The translations under genes and the position numbers were made by a program. This document shows, in pieces, positions 1-15,200 of a DNA stretch of 64,000 nucleotides. This DNA is from Phoronis australis (Eukaryota > Animalia > Phoronida). Every line of letters starts with the position of its first letter. Within the stretch, counting starts at the first letter, position 1. The DNA lies in NCBI GenBank assembly GCA_002633005.1, contig NMRA01000157.1, positions 249,789-313,788 of the forward strand, written 5' to 3'. A model generated the notes under the pieces. The model did not search any database. It worked only from the letters and a program-made list of their open reading frames with translations, and was not told the DNA's origin.

Positions 1-229
1 CCCTGATGGCAGGATAGAACGTACAATCCGAGTACGAGTTGGCCACGGCGAACTTCCTCAGCAAGCTGACGATGGCTGGATGGGCGGGGTGAGCCACGTT
101 GGGCGTGGTGTTCTTGCGTACTTCCAGCAGCTGAGTCGTGTTCTTCTCCACGTCATGTAGGATGGACACAGTGAATGACTTGCAGGCAGACTCACCCTGG
201 CTCACCGGGCAATTATTGGACAGGCGGAT
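1..229 (-). CDS. MED14: MED14 last coding exon, partial (IRLSNN...DCTFYPAIR)
   Basis: cttttctacag acceptor; frame open to the window edge and resembles the MED14 C-terminus. Confidence 0.88.
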   Translation of the reverse strand, partial: MRLSNNCPVSQGESACKSFTVSILHDVEKNTTQLLEVRKNTTPNVAHPAHPAIVSLLRKFAVANSYSDCTFYPAIR

Positions 230-3200
230 CTGTAGAAAAGGTCAACAGGAAATGCATCAGTGTTAACATTCAGGTGATAGGTCAAAACTTCAAGTTACAC
301 TCTAGTAATAACACTTGGGTTGAGCACTGTAATTATACCAGATACTCCCACGTGAAAGCTAGGCGATATCAAGCGAAGGTTTGCATGATCTCCCCACATC
401 AAAGTGTAATAGCCCTACTGCACAAACCCAAGATGCAGCCACAGTTTTGAATTGGCGATCAACAGCAGTGTGTTAGATCACAGATGAAAGAATTATCAAT
501 AGAACTGTTGAATCAGATATTCATATGGTGCTGCTAATAAATAGAGAGGATTGTTTGTTATTAAAACAGACTGAAGGGGGCACTGGTCTCATAGGCACCA
601 CCAAGTGAGCTTCCAGCTCGAATAAGGTGAACACACCCTCCCAGATAAGGGAGTGGCAAAGGGGTGGGAGGATTGGCATTGTCTAAACTTACTACAGCCT
701 TAAATACATCCCATTCAATCATACACCTCCTGGAAATCCCCACGCAGAATAGACACAATATGGCAAATTACCCTTCGTTTGGCCCTCTTCACGTTACACA
801 ATGAAACGATGGCAATTAGATAACAACACTTCTGTGGGCATTATATAATCACACTTCTGTGGACATTAAGAACTCACCATAACAAGTATCTTGCTGTTGG
901 ATGAGCCGGAGGCAACAGCCACTTGACCAGTGGAGGCGATGTAAGATGACCCGCCGGGCACTGTTAGACACAGTTGGAGGCTCCATTTAAGGTTAGGGTC
1001 AGGAACCTGCAGGCAGATGTCACACGTTGAACTCAAAGCATAGTCAACAGTAGAACCTATAGCATAACCATGAATTCAATTTCCCCCAAAATAGGAAAAG
1101 AGAGGAATAATACTTACTAAATTTAATTCTGAGCTTGATGCAAAAAGGTTTTAATAAACACGATTGGTCACTACCCTTTGCACACTGCACAACTCTACAG
1201 GATTTTGTTAGAAAGTAACTTTGAGTGTCAAACAATCAGACATGAAATGGTTGACAAATAAATCAACTTTATGAATTTCCTGCTAGTAAAACTAGAAAAA
1301 AAGTAGGAAACAAACATTACCAATTCACACTTGATGATCTGCACACAGTCCTTCAAGATCTTGTAAGGGACTTTCAAGAGACGGCCAAAGGCAATCACAG
1401 AATTAGCCTTGTATGGTGGGCATAGCACCTGGAGAACAAAAATATCACACACTGGAGACATCACAAGAGAAACGTCGGTGGCAACCAAAGGAAGACGCAG
1501 ATCTGGTCTTGGGCCAAAAGTTAAAGACCTCAAGACGCTCAGTAAACTGGTCACAACTCGTCCTTCACTATAAATTAGGTGCGATTTCTGGGCTTGAAAA
1601 TGACAGCATGTTATTAAGGCTGTGCTCGAAGCATAGAATAAACCAGGCAGGTCAAGTCAATTTATCGAGCCTGATCTCAAGCAGTAACGTACTGTCAGAA
1701 CTTCCCATTTCCAGGAATCACAAAGTACGGTAGTAAATTGAGACCAGTTTGTGAAAATTATTTACCACAACTTCATAGCTGGCCCAATGGCTACACATGT
1801 CAACCACTGTGATAGACAGGTCATCAACATGGCCAGTATCGGACAAATGACCTTAGCAACAAAACTAGCATTCTTACACACCGTTATCAAGGTAATCAGA
1901 ATTTATGATTTATGAAACATTTTTAAAAATGTTTATTACAAAAAAATGTACAAATAGTTGGAGTTAAGAACACACAGCACTGGAAAGCTTTACAAAACAA
2001 TTACGAGAAGAAAACAACTTTTCCAGGCAAAACTCATAAATTTGCTGTTTTGAAACTAAGACTGCTGAAAAGACAGTGTGGAAAAAGAGTACACTTCCGA
2101 CTTACTTTAGTTTCAAAGTATTTTTCCAATGTTTGGATTTCATCTGGCGTCCACGGTTCTTTGTATTCTGAAATAATAACATACGGAAAACCTCTAGCCG
2201 TGAAAATTTTGTGTTGCTAAAAAGGGATACAGAAGACAACAACAAGCTGTAGTGTTAACTCGATTGTTTGTGAAGACCATAAAATTAAATAAAAACACTC
2301 AGCATTGTGTGAAATGGGATGTCCCAAGGTAATAGTCACATTACCTCAAAAGCGCTCAATACAACTTTAACCATACTGCCTGCAACATATATTACCTTGT
2401 ACTGGTATGACCTTCACTTGCAGGGTCTGCAGGTTAGTCGTATTTAGGCTCACCCTGTACTGAAGACTTCCAATACAGAACATGATGACCCCGGGCTGGT
2501 CGGACTGCATCAACTGCACAAGACAAGTTAGGAATGGGTCAACTTTTTGACAAATCCTGTAGGACAGACCCTGTACACAACGCGATAAGCCACAGATCTT
2601 TACGTTTTCTAATCACACATTCTAAAGGAAAAACACCTTCAGGCAAACATAGAAAGATCAAAATGTTGAATCATAACAAAGCCTTAATGTTTTTTTGCAT
2701 TTTGTTAACACAAAAATACCAGTTTGCTGTGTAATGGTAGCCATTTATACCAAGTTAATTGGAAAGCAAGCAATTAGGATGGCAGTGCACCAAAGTGACT
2801 AGTATTGGGACGGTTAGAGATAGAGAGATGTGTATTACCTTGATGTCACCTTCTTGCAGAACCCGTAGTAGGTTACGCTTCATGAAGACGCATCCCAAGA
2901 ACCTCTCCAGGGGGCAGGTTAGTGGGTACGACGTCTGTCCTGGCAGAGCACTGGGGGACATGAGCTTGTACAGGGCATCGTTGGACAGCAGGGTGGGCAC
3001 AGAGGCGGCCAGCGACCGCTGAGGAAGCACTTTTGATGGCGGGCTGAGTATGCCTGTGCAGGAATTGGCACCAAATGATAATCAATAGGAGACGACCATT
3101 CACACGCTTTGTAGTTTACTTATAGCAATTACATGCTAGTACAAGTTGAAACAAAAATTTTGCAAGAGGGTTGTGCGCCAACACCAAGCTGACGCATGAA

Positions 3201-6200
3201 TCCCAAAAACATGACAGTATCAACTAAGTCGCATGAGTTAAAAATTAAAAAATCAGTATGACCGTGATATTTGATGTCACTGAGTAACGTGAAGTGAATA
3301 TGTGCTTCCGTCAGCAGCAAATATGAAGCGCACAACTTACAATTGCAATAAAATACTAATAGATGTTTTGGTTGGAAAGCAATCGCCAACAAATCATAAG
3401 GGAGAGGAACAGCAAAACATCATTTAAATACAAAAATCTATTTGGAAGTACTAGAGTCTGTTGTGAGCTCCGCAACAACTTCTCTCAACGAGATTTTATC
3501 AACGAGTCAGAAGCTTCTTACTTACCAGGCCTTGAATAATCCTCCTTCTGAGGAGAGTGTAGAGCTGGAGACGTGGCGGCACCGTGACGCGACACCGGCG
3601 ACGGTCCGCTCACGGAGGGTGAGCCGGGCCAGTTACGGACACCAGGGGAAGGAGAGACTAGGCTTGGGTTAGCAAATGGTGACCCACTCTCTACGAGGCC
3701 TTGGGGACTGATAAAGGGTGAGGGGGAGGTCATGTGCATGTTGAGTGTGCCCGGGGAAGGTGCCGGGACGAAGGAGCTGGGTGAGGGGACATGAAGATTC
3801 CCTGGGGAGTTGGCAGGTAGACCAGTTCCAGGCGAGGGCGTGCCCATCTGGATGGATGGCGGAGAGGCCAGCGGAAATCCTGCTGCCGGGGAGTTGATGA
3901 AACTCTGTAAGGGAATAAGGCAATTGGTGATGATTGAATGGGTGAATACAATATTACAAAATAAAATGTACTGCCCAGTACAGTAGACCATCCGAGGTGG
4001 GCTAACAGACACTTGGCATGGAAAACTATGGGTACAAGAGTGGAAAGACGTACAGAATGCTTTCAGAAAACATAAAACCATTCAACAAGGTCCCACAGGT
4101 GCAGGCATGGTTTGTACAAACTTGAAAGCACCAAGATGAATGTGCAACAGTAAACTTCATCAGTTCCATACACTGCTAAATGCAAAATGAACACAAAACA
4201 TTATAGCGCTATGGCATCCGGGTAAAAGGGTACACCTGTCACCCATCTACTTGAATGATTACCTGCCTAGGATAGTGCATTGATAAGCACTAGAAGCATA
4301 TTTATAAAGATCTTACACATTGTAGCCCTGCTTTATCATCAGCATGAAGTCATTGTAATTATATCATTTTTACATCAGTATGATCATGATAATTTAAACG
4401 AGAAAAAACAAACATGGCACCTGCTGAGAGGAGACTCTTGAAGCACCCGGCGAGGCGGGGGTATGGGGGTTGGCAGGAGATGTCATGGGACTGCCAAAGC
4501 GGAGTGTACCCGCGCCGTCCGACTTGCCACGAGTACCAGGAGAGCTAGTTGAAGGCTGCTGCGACAAGAAGTCCACGTCCATCGTAGGCGGTGACGGAGG
4601 GTTGTCGTCTTCGGCAGTGGATCGGCGCCGACTCAGCAGGTCAGCAGCATGGTCATCAACGAAGATGTTAAGGAATGCCTAGAGAGAAAACCGGTGGCAC
4701 TGATGTACAGCTGGTATCAATATCATATATCGCATGCACCAAGTCCCCCTCATACTTAGTTATACTGTTGTTACAGAAATCCGGTCAGTTTCAAAGTACC
4801 ACAAGCTTCATTCAACCAGTCTGTTCACTGGATTTTACTAATTAAAGAAATAACAATGCTTTGTAAAAATTAAGAACCTTATAGTAATGACGGAGTTATC
4901 ATTAAAAGTGAATTGAAATGTTTAATTAGGTGTAACCTAAGTAAGAAGCATTCTGCTATGATCATTTTAAGCCACACCCTCTGGTCATGTGAGTGGCACT
5001 TGCTATGATCAGGTTTATCAAGATTAATAAGTAATTGGAACAATAAAGGAAAGCTCAACTTGAGCAATAGATTGCCATATCATGTTTAAAGCTACAATCA
5101 CCTAAGAACTCCTATCAGTAATTCTTCCCCGTATTAGGACAAGAAACCAATCCATACCTCTTCCTGCATATAGGTAAACATATTATCAACAATGAGCGTT
5201 TTACTGCTTTAAGGAACATTACGTACCACGGCATACCGAAAAACTAACCTTGAAATTTTGTATCGTGTACAGACCATCTACAGACTTGCTGGAGGCTCCG
5301 TCTCTAATGGCGACCAGGCGGTCGCCACGGAGATGTATGTCGAGGCAGTAAAGGTTACGGTAAAGGATCTTGATGCGAGTCGACGATTGCGGCAGTATGG
5401 TGAAGTTAGACAGTGGCTGTTTATCTTTCTGGAAATGTACGAGACAGAATGAAATATAAGTTTTCAAGTGAGACTGCGTATACGTAACCACATGAATAAT
5501 GTAACTAATATGTTGGGACAAATAGTACTCGATTCGGATTTTGGACTTGCTAGAAGAGTCCTGAAAAAATAATAAGGCGAGTCGAACACTTTTCATTTTA
5601 CTCCGACAGTACAGTTCACATCCTAAGTATTCACACAAAATGACCCGTAATACACAGTCATGGCAGCTGGGCAGAAGCCAAATTCATCGACAGAGTAGTC
5701 TCCCCTGATGACGGAGAATGAATGGGAATTAACGGGGAAGTAAATGTAGTTAAGCCGTTTTAATCGCATTTGGTGCCAAAATAGTCATTTTTTGCTGTCA
5801 GAATTGGCCGTCATGGCAGGGAAACCATAATTGGTCTGATCACTAAATTTGTCTTGTACTGTAGTATGATGAGGGTGGAGCTCAAAGGCTGTGTTTTAGC
5901 ATATTGGAAAACTTATTTTCCTATATTACGAAAACATATAAACAGGCTCAAAATTGTATGCAGCCTGCTTCATCCAACGTATTACTTACAGTTGGCAGGC
6001 CAAGCATTGGCCTTGTGTTCAGCTTGTTTATGGCACTCAGAGGGTGGAAAGTCTCGTGCAGCACCTGCAGCAGAGAAAAGCAAATTACACGTACAACCTC
6101 ACCGAAAGCATCATACAATAAAGAAAAACAAACCTGATGGGTTTTGTATTCTACACTATTAAAACACTTTCGGATATTAATAAATTATCATTAGGTACAA

Positions 6201-9200
6201 CCACGCTAGCTGTATGAGACTGCACTCATGTATTGAAAGGAAGATGTTTTTGAGATCAGTCATCCAAAATTTGAAGCAAGGTGTAACTGAACAATTTTTA
6301 TGAAAGCTAGAAACAATCCACAGAGTTGATAGACAGTGATTTCAGTCCACATGGATGTCAGACCATCACCAAAAGTAATATAGTTACTATAACCATAACA
6401 CATTTTGGAACAAGTCCATCCTCAATCGAGCTCTCCTTTATTGGAGGTAGAAAACAATGCATGACTGACCTATTTTTCAACATTTCAGGCACTCACAAGC
6501 GAAGCACATCCACCTCTCACAGTTGCCAATTTCTTGGTATCAACATTGCAACTCAAAATCCAGTAGTACAGATTTCTGTGCATTAAAACGACATATAACG
6601 TGACAATAAGGATACGAGAACGTGGCTAGTACATCTGCAGGTGTAAAAGCAGGACAAGTGCTTGATGCACATGTTGCATTGTGGGTAAATACCTTAGAAT
6701 GAGAGTGGTGCTATGCTACTTCAGGACGGGCCGATTGCAGTAATATAGTCAACCCGCTAAAACAACAAACGACGACAGCACCTTTGACCTTGAAAGTGAC
6801 TCCAAGGTCAACAACTTAGAGTGTTCCTGCCTTACCTGAGCCAGCTGGGCGAGGCTGTTGTGCTCATTCATTTCATTGGTCAGCTGTGAAGCCACGATGG
6901 AGTGAGGGTTACTACAGGTAGCACCACTGTGATTGCTGCTGAAATGCAGCTGAAACAAGCACGTCTCCGGCCGCCACTTGACCGACACCTGGTGGGCACA
7001 ACACAAACACATATCATGACGAGTCTAGTTCAAAGTCTTAGGTTTCGATGAGTTTGTTAGACATAAAAATGATATCACGAGAGTGAAGAATGTCCAGGCA
7101 TGCATTCCATAGTCATGAAAATTTCGCAAAACTTTTGCGAGATATCACCAAGCAACGCAAAGGATCTCACCAGCTACCTCTACGAGACTACATAATTCAT
7201 CCCAAGTGACTATACTCCATGAAGTGTCCACGCCAGCCCCAGTACATTTCTTTTTATGATTTTGCAACACTTACGGGGTTGAATGTAGATCAGTCAATCT
7301 CAGGACTACAGTGTTACAGAAAACTTCAATAACACACTATGGCGAATCACTAATTAATTGCATGCTGGGATGCATATCAACACAAACAATAACAAGAGCA
7401 ACGCGGAGCATTAAAATGCAACCGCGAATGCACCGCAAACGGTGTGCTTCTAGGGATGTTTCTACTTGAATCATAAAAATGGCCACTAGATGGCACAAAA
7501 TACCTCGAATCCATCCAATAACTGATATATGTCACCAAAGCTATTTACCAAATTTTATAAAAATCTGTCAAGGGAATTCCGAGAAATCGAGGAAAACGGA
7601 AAAAATGAAATTGCCACTTGGAGGCCATGGTAGCAAAACAAAACATGACTGCCACTAGGAGGCGCCACAGTAGATGAAGTAGATAGAAAATCGTCACCAA
7701 CTGTCAGCGACATCTTGATATGCCCAAACACTTTCTACCAATTTCAGAAATTCAACATTCTGGTATGCCTAGTCACTTTCGACCAATTCTGGCGTAGCGT
7801 ATTGGATTGCCATATCACCTTCTACATGTTTTTCCAATACTTACAATGTTAGATCTGTTGGTGCCATAAGCCAGCACTATCTTCTTGTATGTATACTGTT
7901 GGACATCAATGGAACAAGACAGGCCATTCTTCACGTCTGAAGAAAACAATTAACATTTCACAACATCAATAAGTTCATTTTAATTGAAGTAAGAATGATT
8001 ATCTTAAGAGAGTCTAGTTTTTCTCGAGAGCCTAGCTTTCGACTGCGAGCCTCTCTTGGGCTCTTCATCAGGGCACTGGGGAGGGGGATCTTCAGACCAC
8101 GTGATAAACTGTGCACGGCAACTGGCAGTCATTTAACTCCACCTGGTGGCTGCCATGTGAAACGAGACATTGGTAGATTCCGGTAACTCACAACCGCTAT
8201 CTTTGTTTAACTCAGTGTCATTCCACATAACTTCAACTGATTCTCAGATTTTACAGTTCCAGTACATTTTAATGATTGCTCTACCTTCGCAATGTAGACC
8301 ACTGAGATTTCACAAAGTGATTGAAAAACATGGCAGTGCGTGTCATCTGATTAATACAAACACTGTAATTCAAGGTACACGCATAAGCACTGAAGGCCAA
8401 TTATGAATAATATCAATCGCCAGAGATTGATCAACTTAAGCCTTGTATAGAATACTTAAAAACAGAAACTTTAAAGTATTACAAACAGAAAAATGCGTGT
8501 TATACAAATATTGCAAACAATTGTCACAATACATGGACTCCTACGAGTCTTTTACTTGTTGAGTAACATTTAAGTCCACAAGTCTTGAGAGGTCTCACGA
8601 GTGAGTGTGAGTGTGCTCGTGTGAGAATCCTAACAACTTGTGCTATGCATGTATTGGATGCATACATGAATAAACAAAAATATGACTATATATTTGAAGA
8701 TGGGTATATTTTGAGACTGGTCATGTCCCAGTCACGAAATATAACAATCTTACCGTGATGACTATTGGTGATTTGTTACTTATCCACATGCTAATAGCAT
8801 TCTTGGTGTTCTAATACAATCTTTGTAGTGGTGGTTATAACTGGAACTGTGAGAGGACAAAGTGAAACAGTACTGTGACCAGCAGTTTGGTTGTTGTGGT
8901 TGAATGGGGGAGATTTGGAATAAACGTGTTGAACAGGGTTTTGTTTCATGAAAGTGACTTACAACTTGAAACAGAAATTACTTCACTATTACTTGAATAA
9001 GGTTTAGCCAATTATGAGCGGAACACAGCCTAGAAATAATATTTAATTTTTTTTTAAGTAACTAGCTTTTACGTGTATGTGTATAGTGTAAGACCAAATT
9101 TCTGACTTTCTGTCTTAAGTCAGTTTTCATGAAACCGGCCCCGTCTTTCTCCCATACTAAACCCGTACTATAATAGCCCAAAAAGCAAATGCAGCTATTT

Positions 9201-12200
9201 CCCAGAAAACCACCGTGGCATGAGCCTTAATATCGGCAGGAAAAGCGATAGTCAACAACCACACACAGAAAACCTTAAAGGGTGAAAAACTTTCAAAGAA
9301 AAGTGCAGCGGGAAATCGAATCCCCAAATCAGTGGCGCCCTCTTGCGGACGCTGCCCGCGACAAAACCAGCAACACACCTTTGTAGACCTGCAGGAAGTC
9401 CATGGCCGTCTTGTGAATATGACACATTGCCTTCCAGCACATGGACAGCTGGTCCACTGTTTTGCTCACGTTCTCATTGCTGACATGCTCATAGTGGAAA
9501 CAGATACGACGGATAGGACCTACAAAACACACACAAACATTTAAGCACTTGATGCTTGTCATGATACAACAGACAGTCAAGGTTAAATATACAGCCACAA
9601 AACAAGCAGGGTCTTGTAACAATAACTACTTCCAGTAAACTAACATACAAGGAAGTTTTTCGTAATCACAAGAAATTTGCATACAAACAAGATCACCCAA
9701 CACCAAGCAAGTGAAAGGTGAGTGTACCACGACCACCCTCAAGACCTTACTAGCGTACTCTACTGAAAATGAAGGTCACTGAAGTGATTGGTCGGTAAGG
9801 TTGTTGAATTACAGGATGCATTCACTGGTCCTGTTCCATAAGCCAAGATTTCTTACCACAAATGCTTTGCGAGTGTATTATGTCTACAGATTGCAACCCC
9901 GTTTTACACACAAAATGCATTGTGTTGTGTTGGCAAACTTAGTGAGATCCATCAGTACATATTGCAATGTCATTTCTTCGCATACACAAAAACCATTGCT
10001 ACCTTTGGTAAGGCTAGTTCTTGGTCTGAAGTCTAGATGGAGTTAATGTTACATGATCATCCGATACTGTGTTGGTTTACGGGGTTATCAGTAGCAAATT
10101 TTCCTTTCACAAGTTCAATATATGAAAATATATAAACAAATATTACAGCTTTAACTGCATATTGCAAACAATGATTATTTAAAAACAGGAACTATTAGAA
10201 AATGGAGAGGTAAACAAACCCGAGTCTATCTCCTGTGTGCCGACCAATGCTGCTTTGGTAAACACAAACTGAAAAAAATGAACCACATTAAAAACTATTT
10301 AAACTGAACACAGAAATTCAACCAATCAACGTACATCAAATGTAATGTACATCTGACACTTGAGTCAAATCACTAAAATCAACATCAATCAAACAAAACA
10401 TTTCCCGAGTTATTAGTTTCACAACAGAGGACATACATTTCAAAATTCAGATTCAATGGCTATGAACCCGCGTAACGTCTAGGAAGCGAACTTTTAATCA
10501 AGACCACATATCGCCATATGAGAAGTGATTTCTTGGTTTGCAAAGAACTGACAATTTGTTATTCCATGAGGCCATGCTCAGTGCATACAGTGATATGCCG
10601 TGACGAGTCGACCTGTAGAGCGCAGACTCAATCAATAAAAAACTGTCAGTTCTTTTGAAGCCTTGATATTAACTTAATATGACTAAAGAACAATTTGATA
10701 CCAATTTCATAACGGTAAGCAGTCTAAATCAAAAGTTGTTTTTGTTACAGAAGATGGGCTTGTAGGTGCATGTGTCAACGAAGGTCAAGGTTAAGCTCTG
10801 CAGCTGATTTAGGAACTGGTTGCTCCCTATATTTTCTTTCACCTTAAAATCGTTCCCAAAGAGAGAAAGTGCTTTGAGGACTGGAAAGACACTCCACAGA
10901 AGCTCTAGGGAACAACAGCTTGTCAAACAATTCCCGTCGTCACGGTTACGTGTCTGTTGCAAGAGCTTTATCTCCAGGCAACCGAGAAACCACAATCAAT
11001 GAAACGCGAACAGTAGATAGAAATACGGAGATAGTACCTCAGTCATCCAGTTTCGCACGTGTATCTTGTTCATGAGACGGAGCGTGCATGACAACAGGTG
11101 ATCCTCGAGACTATTTGGCTCGTCACCCGGGCAACCCGGAACTGGCGGGAAACTGTAAGAAGCAAAGCCAGGACTGAAAATAACTAGCTCTGGATAACAC
11201 ATCTAAGTATTATACATTAAACAGCAGAAACAAGTGGCACCTGGATTCTGTTAATTTCTGATTTTTTCAAAACTGCCAAAATGGCATTCTAGAAGTAGCA
11301 TTCAATATGTGACAAACTTAAGAACATAATTAACAATAAAAGATGGAGTCTTCCCTCTCTTCAATATCTCAAAATTTACAGTTGACAGAAATTGAAACTC
11401 GACTGAAAATTCAGTCACTGAAGGGTGACTTCCTAACAAAAATGTGTTTGGGGTTACAAAATCTAAGCTTGCAAATGACTAAAAACAGCTGGCAGTTTCT
11501 TCATTGTAACAGTTTTAGACACTTGAACTGAGGTCGAGACAACATTCTCCAGCCAACACAAAACTAAAAGAAGAAACCCCACAGCAAACAGAAGTGTAAA
11601 CTATTCAATACATTCAATGTCTCCCCAGTTAAGAGATTATAAAAGAGATGCTAAAGCTTGGCATATAAGCAGTCGACATTACCATCCAAACCGTAGCAAA
11701 ATGGCCGCTTAGTATGAGCAACCAGATGGGGAATCGAAGTGTCCAATAAGAACAAATGCCAGTGCTCACAATTTCCGCTGCCAACATATTTCGCGTCTAG
11801 AAGCTCACAGATCGCCAGCGTTACCGAGAGACGACCAGATGCATGGCTAGCCTTACCTGGTCACGGTGATACTCAGACACACCCCATTAGGCTCGACACT
11901 GACTCCCTGGTGGGTGATACCTTGTTTCTGCATCTACAATCACGTGACATTACGTTACACTGCAGTCGAAACATAACGGAACAAAATCACATTTCCCTGT
12001 CGTGACGGTTAATCCATTTACTGCAAAAATGATGAGTGCCGTAGGATAATGTCACAACAACATTTCAACGGTATCACAACTAACAATAAAGTTTCTGGCA
12101 TCAAGGAGTAACATGTTTACTAAATACAAACCTCATCTGCCAAAGTTATGAATGGTATTCGCTCATCGCACATGGCCAACATGTGGCACAATGTCGACAA

Positions 12201-15200
12201 ATGGTCGGGCTCCAGACGAGGGCGCTTCGGCAGGCTATCAGGTGGAAATCCCAGTAAAATCTGCAAAATACAATGCCTTAAGCATTACTAGTACATCAGA
12301 TAACAGTAACTCTTACTAATAAAATAAAATTCAGTTGGCGAAGTCACAGGCAATGGCAGGATCAAATTAAAAATTACAAAATATCACATTAGACTAAACT
12401 AAGATAGCGGCAGAAAATCTAGCTGTAAAAACAATCACCAAACTCCATTCTGACCGTTAAGTGTGTCAAAAATTGGAGTCCAAACTTACTGTATCAAAAA
12501 ACCTCTAAATTGATCTTGAGAGGTTTGTAGCATTATTTAAAGCTGTTATATGGCACTGTAAGTACATGAACTAGTTGCAGTATCTTTCACATGAGCCACG
12601 TTCCATTAGTGAACTTATAACACATCACCATACAAATGCAACATTCTACACAGATAAACACAGTCTCAATAATTTCAGTTGCTTGCACTACTCATACATT
12701 TTATTGAATGGTGGAAAATTGCATTAGTCAACATTACTTGGATTCCAGAGTGACAGGCAATTGAAATGTTCCACAAAGACCAAATATACACTGATTATCT
12801 ATTCTTCATAAACTGGGCAATGTATGTGAAAATATGACTGGGCTTACAGTTAGAACAGCATGAAAAAAATACAGAAAATATTTCAATGTCACTTTGCTAT
12901 CACCACTTATAACCATGATGTGCGACAACCTATGGTATTTCTGTTGCACAAGGCTAGGCAATAATCAATAGGTTAAATCAATTTAGTGCAAAATTCATTT
13001 GCTTTTTTGTATTTGGAAAACTAACCTTTCGTTTCCTGTCCTGCTGGGCATTCAGATCAAGTTCTCCATAAACATCTGAAGATGAACAAAAACAATTATA
13101 ATTTAAATACTGAATGGAAAATGAAATGACAACTGTACTTTAAATATACTCAGCAAAGCTAATCTCCTTCTCTTATAAACTGTGACATCACCGAATATTC
13201 ATGAGCCAACAACCATCCCACAATACACCTAAGAAACGTCAGCGCTGTAGATGAAATTGCTCAAATTCCACCACTCAGTGCTACTACTGAATCACACGAC
13301 ACACTACACACCTCTTTCCATCTTTGTGTATGGACCATGTGTCGACGCGAATGAATCCAACTGAACCATGTGACCTGGCCTGACGAATGGCATGGGCAGA
13401 CTGCCGTCCGCGTTTTCAACCCAACCGCCTTCGACAATAGCAGGACTTGTCTTCAGCAGCCAATAGGAGAAGTTTAATTGGTGTGATGGAGAAACGGCCA
13501 CATCAACAACCTGCAGTTTAACAGACATATTTTCAAAAGTTGCAATCAACAACATCGCACAGAACTCGTAAGATCACGTGTTATGTTGTTAAGCGAAAAT
13601 AAGAAGTACAACACCAGAGACGTAGAAACAGTTCGTAACGAAGAGACAAGGCGACGACAGGAAGCACAGAGTACTTTGGGATATTATTTGACCATGCCTT
13701 TGTTACATAGACCTAGTGTCTACGTAGATCACGCAAGACAACAAAAATCATAGGAGAGAAAGGCAAGATTATTGGGAGAAAATTCCAACATTTCTATTCC
13801 ATTCCCACTTTTATACCAACCCTGTCTGTTACACAGCACAAGTACTAATTTTAGAAAAGCCAACAGTGAATAACCTGTTAAGACACCGTAACTCTACAAT
13901 GAATTCAAGAAATGAACATGATCAATTTGCAAACTCTTTCTAAGCTCAAATTTCCCAACGAATCACTTGTAACTCCATGGGCAGATGTGTGGAAGGAACT
14001 GACAACGAATATCAACAAACTAAAATTAATGGCCAAACCACCATAAGCGTGTTCCAGCAAACACAAAATATTTCCTGTATTCTCACATACACCGGACAAA
14101 TTCCTCATAGCGTGACGGCACCTTTACAAAGACAGAGTCACTAACCAAGTAGAACCCAGTCTGTCGGCAAATTTTAAAATACAGCTTGTTGGGCCCTAGT
14201 TTCTCCAGTCTGTGCCCTGTAGCATGGACGAGAGGAAGCTGTTCGCTGGTGGTGATGTGTAGATGTTGCACTCTTCTTTCCATCTGTCGCAGCACGATCC
14301 ACAACCTATATTAATATAAATTAATTATAAACAGCAATCACATACCTGAATATTGTATTAGCAAACTTTTAGGCCCAGGCATTTCATATGAAGCTAAAAC
14401 TAGATCAAACTTTAGACATTACGGTAATGTTCTGTCACTTTAGAGCACAATATGTGATATTTTATTATTTAAAAAATTTGCACATAAATAAACAGGAAGA
14501 AAGCTTCACTTTGTTATTTGCACAGTTTAAAATGTACAGCAGTCATCAAAAACACACACGGAATTTTGAAACTTTTAACCCGAACACAGTGAACTTTTAA
14601 AAAAATGGAAAAAGCACAAGTTCAAGGAAAGTTCAGAGTATAATGCAATTTAGCTCGGCCAGAATTCGAGACACAGTACCATGTGCTACTATCAGGCTTA
14701 TTGATACCATTGTTTTACTATCAATTTACCTTAATTTGTTAATTTTACAAAATAATAAAGACATAATCACTTCACTAAATTAATGTCAGATTCATATAAA
14801 ATTAAGAATCAAACTCTATAGGCTCTGTACTTTCAGAAAATATATACTTTTACAGAGTTTAAATAACTTTAGTTGTTATTTGGCTAAATTCACAGGCTTG
14901 CCATTATAGTACTACACAGCCTGAAGACCACACGTCTGTCTGTATGCGAAGTCTGTACAACTGAACATCAGCTAAAACCGAGAAACAAGTTTCACAGCAC
15001 GTGAGTAAAAATTCAGTTATTTGTCCCCGACACAATCAATTAGAGGTTAACCAAAATAATCACAGCACAGTATGCGAGACAGACGCCTATTTCACGAAAA
15101 GTGACTCAAGACTTGGGACAGAAATTTGGTCTAACTTATGATCCATAACAGCTAATTCTAAAAAAATAATTAAATATCACTTTTAAAAATAATTAAATCT

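Noticed and set aside
6608-6640. Second U12-like donor GTATCCTT after a possible 19-nt microexon (minus strand)
   Set aside because: MED14 exons 24 and 25 already join in frame with a family-like peptide; a 19-nt exon would shift the frame, and I see no U12 branch site at the next acceptor.
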